Source of the DNA: Kiritimatiellia bacterium
Lineage (GTDB): Bacteria > Verrucomicrobiota > Kiritimatiellia > CAIVKH01
Direction: 5' to 3'
Length of the DNA: 64,000 nt
NCBI GenBank assembly: GCA_035327665.1
Contig: DAOLCW010000004.1
Span: 2,598 to 66,597, forward strand
The number at the start of each line of letters is the position of its first letter. Position 1 is the stretch's first letter. The translations under genes were made by a program, and so were the position numbers. The notes under the pieces were generated by a model. The model saw nothing but the letters and a program-made list of their open reading frames with translations, was not told where the DNA came from and searched no databases. This document shows, one piece after another, positions 20,474 to 27,635 of this stretch.

Positions 20474-21276
20474 CAACGACCGCTCCTTCCCGTCACCGCC
20501 TTCGGCTTCGGTGGCGGTTCCGGTTCTGCCTCCGGAACCACCTCCAGCGACGCCGTCAATCCGCCCCCGTCCTCCACCGAAAGATGCGGCGTGACCACCC
20601 GTCCCCGAAGATGCCCGCCCGCCTTCACCGCTACCCGGCTCGCCCGCAACGTCGCCGTGAACGTCCCCGCGATCTCCACCCGCTCCGCCTCCACCGGCTC
20701 CGCATACGTATGATCCGCCCCCGCCGCCACCACCAGCAATGGCGTTTGCAGGCAACCCCACGGCACCTTCGCCCCCGCGTCGAGGATCACCTTTTGATAC
20801 CCTCGAAGCATCGCCCGCTCCACCCCGCCCCGCACCACGATTTCCCGCGCGATAATCTCCGTATCCCGGACCCGGCCCTCCGGCTCCACCACCACCCGGC
20901 CCGTCGTTTTCACCGGCTCGGAATGGTCACCAGTGATCGAAACATCCCCCTTCTCCAGAATCGTCCGGCACTTCGGGCAATACAACGTCTGCACCTTCCC
21001 CGCGATCGGGAACGTGTACCCGCACTCATAACAGACAATCTCCGTCTTCGTCGGAATCGCCGTCTGCCTGACCTTCGCCACCCGCCCTCCCGGCGGCGAC
21101 GTCGACGCCGGAGCAGGCTTCTCAGGACCCGGGGCGCGGACAGACGGATCCTTCCCCTGGTCCTTCACATGGCGCACCGCCCGGACCAGATCGAATCCGT
21201 CTACCTCTCCCGATTTTTTAGGACTGACCATACCCGTGACCCGCCGGTCCCACATCGAACCGGCGCGAATCAACAC
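20473..21276 (-). CDS. zinc-ribbon protein with bactofilin-like C-terminal beta-helix region
   Basis: CYECGYTF...CPKCRT zinc ribbon followed by bactofilin-like repeats (VVEPEGRVRDTEIIAREIVVRGGVE...). Confidence 0.5.
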   Translation of the reverse strand: MLIRAGSMWDRRVTGMVSPKKSGEVDGFDLVRAVRHVKDQGKDPSVRAPGPEKPAPASTSPPGGRVAKVRQTAIPTKTEIVCYECGYTFPIAGKVQTLYCPKCRTILEKGDVSITGDHSEPVKTTGRVVVEPEGRVRDTEIIAREIVVRGGVERAMLRGYQKVILDAGAKVPWGCLQTPLLVVAAGADHTYAEPVEAERVEIAGTFTATLRASRVAVKAGGHLRGRVVTPHLSVEDGGGLTASLEVVPEAEPEPPPKPKAVTGRSGR

Positions 21277-21338
21277 CTGTTCCCGAACCCGGCATCAAAC
21301 CCCCGGGCCCGGAAACAAGCGGCCTGTTGGGAGTTGGG

Positions 21339-21767
21339 TCAGCGCCGGACTTGTGGTTGTCCGCCCTGCGCATCCGGGGGCTTCGGAGCCGACGCATCCG
21401 CAGGCTTCGGAGTCGAACCCCCGCCCATCGCCGAACCCGAAGGATTGACCTCCGAACGCCCGATGAACGTCACCCCGTCCTCCACCGACAACCGCTTCGC
21501 CACAATGTCCCCGAGGATCTTCGCCGTCGACTTCATGTCGATCTTGTCCTTCGCGGTCACATTCCCGTTGATCGTACCCTCGATCACCACCGAGTTCACC
21601 TGGATGTTCCCCTTCACCACCGCCGACTTGCCGATCACCGCATCCGCGCTGCACACCAACTCCCCATCCAGTTTCCCATGCAGATGAATCGACCCCGAGC
21701 TTTTCAGGGTACCGGTAATTTCCACATCGGCCGCGATCGTGGATTGTGTTGTCTGTTCGTTGCTCAT
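21339..21767 (-). CDS. bactofilin (polymer-forming cytoskeletal protein, CcmA-like)
   Basis: Classic bactofilin domain: IGKSAVVKGNIQVNSVVIEGTINGNVTAKDKIDMKSTAKILGDIVAKRLSVEDGVTFIG with disordered Pro/Ala-rich tail. Confidence 0.8.
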   Translation of the reverse strand: MSNEQTTQSTIAADVEITGTLKSSGSIHLHGKLDGELVCSADAVIGKSAVVKGNIQVNSVVIEGTINGNVTAKDKIDMKSTAKILGDIVAKRLSVEDGVTFIGRSEVNPSGSAMGGGSTPKPADASAPKPPDAQGGQPQVRR

Positions 21768-21872
21768 GCGTTGCTCCTTCTTAGGTTAGGACGTGAATAA
21801 AACGAGGCTAGTCTGCCCGTTTACCCCCCTCCCGGCAAGCGCGGGTTCCACCTCTCCCGCCGCGGGGTTTCT

Positions 21873-23492
21873 TCAACCAAGCCGGGGAAATTCAACCACA
21901 AACATCGACCCCTCTTCGTGTGGTTCGTACCACACTCGACCCTTCATCAAATCCACCAAAAGCTTTACCGCCGCCAAACCCAGCCCGTTTGACCTCTCCC
22001 CGCCCGTCGGCTGATTCCGGGTCCGATGATACGGCGAAAACAACTTCGCCCGGTCTTCCTCGGGAATACCCAGTCCCTCATCCCGCACCGAGATGTGAAA
22101 CATCGTCCCCACCACATCCACCTTCATGGTGATTCCATGATCCCGTTCCGTATATTTAATCGCATTCGAAAGCAAATTGTCCACCACCTGGTCCAGCGCA
22201 TCCGGATCAGCATAAATCCGCGTCGCAAAGGGAGCGAGCGCCTCCACCTGTAACCCGATGTCCTTCTTGCGGGCCAGTGGAAGGTAGCGATCGATAATCC
22301 TCTGCACCAACGGAACCGGATGAATCTCCGAAAACGATACCCACCCCGCCCCGTGCTCCACCGCATCCACATGCAAAAGGTTTCGTATCATCCGGCTCAT
22401 TCGACTCGACCCCTCGAGAATCGCCCGCGCTCGCTGATCACCTCCCGCCGCATCCTCATCCATACTTTCCGCGTTCAAGAGAATCGTCGTCAATGGATTG
22501 TTCAAGTCATGCGCAACCATCCGCATGAACATCTCTTTCTCCTCCTGACGAAGTTCCAGACGCCGATTCGCCTCTTTTAACTCCTCCGTTCGCCCCCGTA
22601 GCTCCGCTTCCACCCGGTGCCGCTCCGCCAACTCCCCGCTCAACCTCCGGTTCCACCACCACATCAATCCCAAACAGGGCAGCGCAACCGACACCCCCCA
22701 CAACACGGTCCGCCGCACCGATTGCCATCGAATCGCACGCCGGTAATCCACCGGAATCCAGGCATCCACAATCTCCTGCACCCGGCTTTTTTGACTCTCC
22801 TCCGCCAACGCGAGATTCAAGGACCGCGCCAAATCCCCGCGCTCCGGTCGTACTGCAAACCGAAGGGTAAACTCCTCATCCATCAACCCCGCGATCTTCA
22901 GGTTCGTCAATCCTCGCTTGCGAATTATGTGGCTGGCCGTCGCCAGATTCTCCACCACCACATCCGCATCACCCCGCGCCACGCTCAACAGCGCGTCCTC
23001 CGCGTGATCCACCAGAAGAAGGTCGATCCCCGGAAAGCGACGAGCCACATCCTCCGTCGTTACATGCCCGGCCGGCATGGCCATTCGCCCCCCGTCAAAT
23101 CCACGTAAGCCGGTCAAAAACGGCCCCTCCACCCGTGTGATTAACGCCACCGGATAGCGAATGTACGGGTTCGTGAACAAGGCGAGTTCTCTGCGCGCCT
23201 CGCTCTTCGCCGTCCCCAACGTCACATCCACTTCGCCCGCCAGAAACCTCTCCCACACCTCGCTCCACGTCGCACCCCGAACCCACTCGATCTCCCACCC
23301 CAAACCCGAAGCCAGATGACGGATGATTTCAATATCAATCCCTACCGGCTCATCCTTCCCCGCAACGACCTCGGAAAACGGGGGCCAAGCCGGATCGAAT
23401 CCCACCCGAACCACCGCAGAGTCAGCGATTCGCTCTCCCCGCGCACCCCACGATCCTGCCACCAGACACGCTAACAACAACATGAATCGCAC
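21873..23492 (-). CDS. sensor histidine kinase with periplasmic solute-binding (SBP-type) domain
   Basis: Signal peptide, SBP-like periplasmic domain, TM, HisKA H-box (HDLNNPLTTI), HATPase (GLGLAAVKLLVDLMKG). Confidence 0.8.
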   Translation of the reverse strand: MRFMLLLACLVAGSWGARGERIADSAVVRVGFDPAWPPFSEVVAGKDEPVGIDIEIIRHLASGLGWEIEWVRGATWSEVWERFLAGEVDVTLGTAKSEARRELALFTNPYIRYPVALITRVEGPFLTGLRGFDGGRMAMPAGHVTTEDVARRFPGIDLLLVDHAEDALLSVARGDADVVVENLATASHIIRKRGLTNLKIAGLMDEEFTLRFAVRPERGDLARSLNLALAEESQKSRVQEIVDAWIPVDYRRAIRWQSVRRTVLWGVSVALPCLGLMWWWNRRLSGELAERHRVEAELRGRTEELKEANRRLELRQEEKEMFMRMVAHDLNNPLTTILLNAESMDEDAAGGDQRARAILEGSSRMSRMIRNLLHVDAVEHGAGWVSFSEIHPVPLVQRIIDRYLPLARKKDIGLQVEALAPFATRIYADPDALDQVVDNLLSNAIKYTERDHGITMKVDVVGTMFHISVRDEGLGIPEEDRAKLFSPYHRTRNQPTGGERSNGLGLAAVKLLVDLMKGRVWYEPHEEGSMFVVEFPRLG

Positions 23493-23606
23493 AACGCCGA
23501 ACCTCCGTTTTTGAAAGGTTAGACTGGAAATGCGAAGACTTCAAGACTCACTCGTTCATGTCCACAAACCATTCACCACCTCCACAACCCTTGCAATTTC
23601 CCACGA

Positions 23607-24137
23607 TTGCCCGAAATTAACCTCATGACCGCCCTTTCCGCCGCCGATCCATCCAAACCCGTCATCGTCTGGTTCCGCCGCGATCTCCGCCTCGCTGACC
23701 AACCCGCCCTTCACCATGCCCTCGCCACCGGCAAACCCGTAATCCCTCTTTTCATCTGGGCCCCCGAAGAGGAAGCTCCCTGGGCCCCCGGCGCCGCCTC
23801 ATGCTGGTGGCTTCACTACTCCCTCGCCACCCTCTCCCTCGACCTTCAAAAACTCGGCTCCCGCCTCATCCTCCGCCACCAGCCCTCCCTCGACGCCCTC
23901 ATCGAACTCATCGAAGAAACCCGCGCCGACACCCTCGTCTGGAACCGCCTCTATGAACCCGCCATCATCTCCCGCGATGCCGACATCAAGAAAACCCTTC
24001 GCGGACGCGGTGTTCAGGTCACATCCTACTCCTCCCACCTTCTCCACGAACCCTGGACCATCCTCAACCAGCAAGACAAACCCTACCAAGTCTTCACCCC
24101 CTTCTACCGCGCCACCCAAATCCACGGAAACCCCGAC
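23607..24137 (+). pseudogene. DNA photolyase/cryptochrome N-terminal domain only, truncated at poly-C tract
   Basis: VIVWFRRDLRLADQPALHHA...LVWNRLYEPAIISRDADIKKTL is the photolyase alpha/beta domain; downstream of the poly-C no FAD-binding domain motifs exist; the track ORF 23607..25148 reads through low-complexity DNA. Confidence 0.55.
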
Positions 24138-24138
24138 T

Positions 24139-24202
24139 CCCCCCTCCCCCCCCCCCCCCCCCCCCCCCCCCCGCCCCCCCGCCCCCCCCTCCCCCCCCCC
24201 CC
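24139..24202. repeat. poly-C homopolymer tract (27 uninterrupted C at 24146..24172; 64 nt with only 4 non-C)
   Basis: Read directly from sequence. Confidence 0.95.
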
Positions 24203-24264
24203 AACTCCGCCTCCAATGGACACGCCCCCCCCGCCGCGTCCATCCCGCCACCCCCCGCAACTTC

Positions 24265-24314
24265 GTTTCCAAACCTTGGAAAACCACCCTCCCCGCGTTT
24301 CCAAACCTTGGAAA
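24265..24314. repeat. two direct copies of an 18-bp palindrome gtttccaaaccttggaaa, 32 bp apart
   Basis: Read directly; TTCCAA/TTGGAA inverted half-sites; possible operator. Confidence 0.8.
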
Positions 24315-24401
24315 CCCAATCCCCTTCGCCCCGGAACAACAACGCGCCCCCCCCGCGCAAACCACTCCGCACAAAGCACCAACCACCAAGCACTCCCTGC
24401 C

Positions 24402-24490
24402 CCACCTTGCCACCTTGCCACCTTGCCACCTTGCCACCTTGCCACCTTGCAACCTTGCCACCTTGCCACCTCCCCACCTCCCCACCCTCT
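24402..24490. repeat. tandem 8-bp repeat (ccaccttg) x about 8 perfect copies, then degenerating copies
   Basis: Read directly from sequence; not CRISPR-like (no spacers). Confidence 0.9.
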
Positions 24491-24491
24491 C

Positions 24492-24908
24492 TCACTCCAC
24501 CGCCAACAACTCCAGTCCTTGCTTCTTCAGGCCCACATCAAAAGAATAAACGCCGACGCGTTTTTGATCATGACACCACGCGGCGAGCCATGCATCAACC
24601 AGGTCATCCGCGCCGCTCTGCATCCGATCCAGGCAATCAAGCATCAGGTGCTTCTGCGTCATCTGGATACCTCGAAACGAAATCAGGCGGACGAGTTTTT
24701 CCGCCGCCACCGGGGCTGGAACCTCATAATGCGAAGTCAGCACGAAAATGGTTTGAAATACCACGAGGTCCGGCAAATGGACCGAAATTTCCGCCGCCTC
24801 GAGTTTGCCGAAAAAGGAAAACACCCCGCGGAACTTCGCAGGCATGGAGGCAGGCGTCTCGACCAGAAATCGGAGCAGGACGTTCGTGTCGATGGCATCA
24901 ACCGTCAC
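24492..24908 (-). CDS. vapC: PIN-domain toxin VapC
   Basis: VTVDAIDTNVLLRFLV N-terminal PIN motif; likely GTG start at 24908 overlapping antitoxin stop by 11 bp. Confidence 0.65.
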   Translation of the reverse strand: MTVDAIDTNVLLRFLVETPASMPAKFRGVFSFFGKLEAAEISVHLPDLVVFQTIFVLTSHYEVPAPVAAEKLVRLISFRGIQMTQKHLMLDCLDRMQSGADDLVDAWLAAWCHDQKRVGVYSFDVGLKKQGLELLAVE

Positions 24909-25152
24909 GAGAAAGACCTCCGGAGAGCGCCGCAGCCATCGACCTCTTGTTCGGGAAGGACTTGCCGTGCTTGTAGACAAAAAGAGACCCGGCCAACTCG
25001 CCGGCTGCATTCGTCTGGACTCGGCTCAATTCAATCACACCCCGTTTTTCGTCCACGCGAACATCCAGGTTATCACCCACGGCAATCCCGAGCGTGCGGC
25101 GAATGTGCGAAGGAATCACCACTTGCCCCTTGGCAAAAACTTTCATGATCAT
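24898..25152 (-). CDS. vapB: AbrB/SpoVT-type antitoxin VapB
   Basis: MIMKVFAKGQVVIPSHIRRTLGIAVGDNLDVRVDEKRGVIEL swapped-hairpin AbrB fold; ATG at 25152. Confidence 0.65.
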   Translation of the reverse strand: MIMKVFAKGQVVIPSHIRRTLGIAVGDNLDVRVDEKRGVIELSRVQTNAAGELAGSLFVYKHGKSFPNKRSMAAALSGGLSRDG

Positions 25153-25201
25153 AGAACACCTCGAATAGATATACACCACCGTATAACCATCCGCCTCCCT
25201 G

Positions 25202-25312
25202 TCAAGAAATCCCGCATCCCTTCCCCTCCTCCCGGCCCGCCCGGATCAACACGTCCAGAGCAACGTCGATGTCCGCCTCGGTGTGGGTCGTCATCACGCA
25301 GGTCTGCCGAAA
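25202..25312 (-). pseudogene. C-terminal remnant of a class III (HemL-like) aminotransferase
   Basis: Short frame encodes ...CVMTTHTEADIDVALDVLIRAGREEGK-stop, resembling aminotransferase C-termini (LAHTEEDID..L); only about 35 codons, preceded by in-frame stop. Weak. Confidence 0.25.
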
Positions 25313-25523
25313 TCAAGGAAAAGGCTTGCCCTACGACCTTGCATCGGGACACTTCTCTCATCTGCACGCTTTGAATGGATCATCAAGGATAACCCTTTGA
25401 GCAAGCAGCCACGGACGTCCTTTCGCCAGAACCAACCCGCATGGAAACACCTTCTTCTCCTCGCCCTCCTTCTCTGGCTCATCCCCTAGCCGCCCCCTCC
25501 CATTCCCCGTCCTCACCCACCCC

Positions 25524-26771
25524 ATGAAGCGTCTTGGCTCCAACCTTTTGACCCTTCCCGCCTCCATTCGGTCCGGCATCGCATCCTCCCTCCTCGTCAT
25601 CAAAACCTCCCTGCGCTCCTTCGGGGCCAATCGCAACCTAGAAAACGCGGCCACCCTTGCCTTCTATGGGTTCCTTTCCCTCATGCCGCTGCTCCTCCTC
25701 AGCCTCCTTGTCACCGCCGCCGTGCTTCGATCCTCCGAACAAGCCGGAGAGCTAATCACCTCCCTCCTCCGCGACCTCTTTCCCGCCCTCCAGATCGATG
25801 TCGTCCGCGACCTCAACGCCATCGCTGGCGGCCGCACCCTCGGCCTCATCAGCTTCCTTCTCCTCATCTGGGCCATGACCCCCTTGTCCGGGGCCCTCCG
25901 CACCGCCCTTGCCCGCATGTTCAACATGCCCATCCAACGCCCCTTCTTAAAATCCAAACTCCTCGACCTCGCCGCCGTCCTTGTCTTCCTCCTCCTGTTC
26001 CTCCTCCTCCTCGGGTTCCGCGCCTTCGATCCCGAAACCTCCGGCGCCCACCTCCGGCCCTTCGCCCAAACCCTTCTGTCCGCCATTCACCTCCTTGCCA
26101 GCCTCGCCGTCCTCGGCCTCTTCTTTCGCGTCTTTGCCCCCGTCCGTCTGACCGTGCGCCAGTGGCTGCTCGGGGCCGTGTGCGTCATCCTCCTCTGGTC
26201 GCTCATGCGCAACCTCTTTGTTGCCTTCATCCAATACAACCCCGACTACGGATTCGCCTTCGGATCCCTCAAAGCCATCTTCCTCCTCATCGTCTGGGTC
26301 TACTACTCCTTCGCCACCCTCCTCTTCGGCGCCGAAATCATGGCCAACACCTTCCGCCGCGACGCCCTCGTCCTTCGCCGCCTCCTGCAACCCGCCACCC
26401 CCGACGCCCCCCCCACCGCCTCCACCTCCCTCATGTCCAAATTCGAGCGAAGGCTTCCCGCAGGACAAATCCTCTTCCGTGAAGGCGATCCCGGGTCCGA
26501 AATGTTCGTCGTCCTCGACGGACAAATTCGCCTGACCCATGCCGGCCATGAACTCGCCGTCCTTGATCGTGGACGTTACTTCGGCGAGATGTCCCTACTC
26601 ACCCATGCCCCCCGCTCAGCCACCGCCACCGCCATCGACGACACCCGCCTCGCCGCCGTCACCCAGCGCAACTTCGACCTCCTCATCCGTGAAAACCCCC
26701 TCCTCGTCCGTTCCATGCTTCAGGAACTCGCCCGCCGCCTCAATGAAACCAACCGCAAACTCCAAACCTAA
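25524..26771 (+). CDS. YihY/BrkB family membrane protein fused to C-terminal cyclic-nucleotide-binding (cNMP) domain
   Basis: About 6 TM helices typical of YihY/BrkB, then FREGDPGSEMFVVLDGQIRL...GRYFGEMSLLTHAPRSATATAID cNMP-binding motif. Confidence 0.75.
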   Translation: MKRLGSNLLTLPASIRSGIASSLLVIKTSLRSFGANRNLENAATLAFYGFLSLMPLLLLSLLVTAAVLRSSEQAGELITSLLRDLFPALQIDVVRDLNAIAGGRTLGLISFLLLIWAMTPLSGALRTALARMFNMPIQRPFLKSKLLDLAAVLVFLLLFLLLLGFRAFDPETSGAHLRPFAQTLLSAIHLLASLAVLGLFFRVFAPVRLTVRQWLLGAVCVILLWSLMRNLFVAFIQYNPDYGFAFGSLKAIFLLIVWVYYSFATLLFGAEIMANTFRRDALVLRRLLQPATPDAPPTASTSLMSKFERRLPAGQILFREGDPGSEMFVVLDGQIRLTHAGHELAVLDRGRYFGEMSLLTHAPRSATATAIDDTRLAAVTQRNFDLLIRENPLLVRSMLQELARRLNETNRKLQT

Positions 26772-26802
26772 AGCCTCCCCCCTTTCCCCCACCAAGCACC
26801 CC

Positions 26803-27606
26803 ATGACACCCCTCGCCCTTCTTCCCGTCCACGGTATGGGTAGCACCCAACCTTCCTACGCCGAACCCCTCCGCAAACGCCTGCGCCGGGAACTCGGACC
26901 AGCCCCACGGGCCAACATCACCTTCGAGCCCATCTACTACCAGGACATCATTCAAGACCATCAGGAAAGGGTCTGGCGCGACATGAACCAAAACGCCCGC
27001 CTGTCCTGGAAACGCGCACGCCGGTTCATGCTCTACGCCTTCAGCGACGCCGCCTCCCTCGAGCATCAATCCCACCGTCCCGACAGCGCCTACATCCTCG
27101 CCCAGGAACGCATCCGCGACACCTTGCACAACCTCCTTCATCGCGGTCTTCCTCCCTCCACCCCCACCGTCCTGCTTCCCTACTCCCTCGGCTGCCAAGT
27201 CCTTTCCAACTACATCTGGGACGCCAACAAAGATCAAGGCATCTGGGCGCTCAAGCCTCTGGACGAACCTCCCGAGGTCCTCGACTTCCTCAAATTCCGC
27301 ACCCTCCGCCTCATCCTCTCCACCGGTTGCAACATCCCCCTCTTCGTCGCCGGTCTCAAAACCATCCGCCCCATCTCCCGCCCCCATCCCAAATTCCGGT
27401 GGCTGAACTTCTACGACAAAGACGACGTCCTCGGCTGGCCCCTCAAACCCCTCTCCCCCGGCTACGATCGCCTCGTCGAACAAGACATCCCCGTCAACAG
27501 CGGCAACCTCTTCACCGCCTGGACCCCCTTCAGCCATACCGGTTACTGGACCAACTCAACCTTCCTGCGCCACACCGCCCGCGCCTTGCACAACCTAACC
27601 TCGTAA
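26803..27606 (+). CDS. alpha/beta-hydrolase-like protein (putative esterase/lipase)
   Basis: Internal ATG at 26803; HGMGS N-terminal motif, YSLGC nucleophile elbow, later Asp and His candidates. Confidence 0.5.
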   Translation: MTPLALLPVHGMGSTQPSYAEPLRKRLRRELGPAPRANITFEPIYYQDIIQDHQERVWRDMNQNARLSWKRARRFMLYAFSDAASLEHQSHRPDSAYILAQERIRDTLHNLLHRGLPPSTPTVLLPYSLGCQVLSNYIWDANKDQGIWALKPLDEPPEVLDFLKFRTLRLILSTGCNIPLFVAGLKTIRPISRPHPKFRWLNFYDKDDVLGWPLKPLSPGYDRLVEQDIPVNSGNLFTAWTPFSHTGYWTNSTFLRHTARALHNLTS

Positions 27607-27635
27607 ATATCGCCCATGCCGTATCGATGCCATGC

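Noticed and set aside
20474-20761. Gly-rich 96-aa N-terminal extension of the Mur ligase ORF
   Set aside because: Low-complexity poly-Gly with no homology to Mur ligases; a proper ATG at 20473 gives a canonical N-terminus. The extension also overlaps the upstream gene.
24402-24490. Tandem 8-bp repeat array considered as possible CRISPR
   Set aside because: Repeat unit is only 8 bp with no spacers. It is a simple microsatellite-like tandem repeat, not a CRISPR array.
23607-25148. Single 513-aa ORF in the track spanning photolyase N-domain, poly-C and tandem repeats
   Set aside because: After the poly-C tract the translation is low-complexity (poly-Pro, PCHLATL repeats) with no photolyase FAD-domain motifs. 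Only the first ~175 codons are genuine.
25149-25367. 72-aa minus ORF (MQMREVSRCKVVG...) overlapping the aminotransferase remnant
   Set aside because: Different frame from the conserved THTEADIDVALDVL segment; low-complexity and short. Considered spurious.
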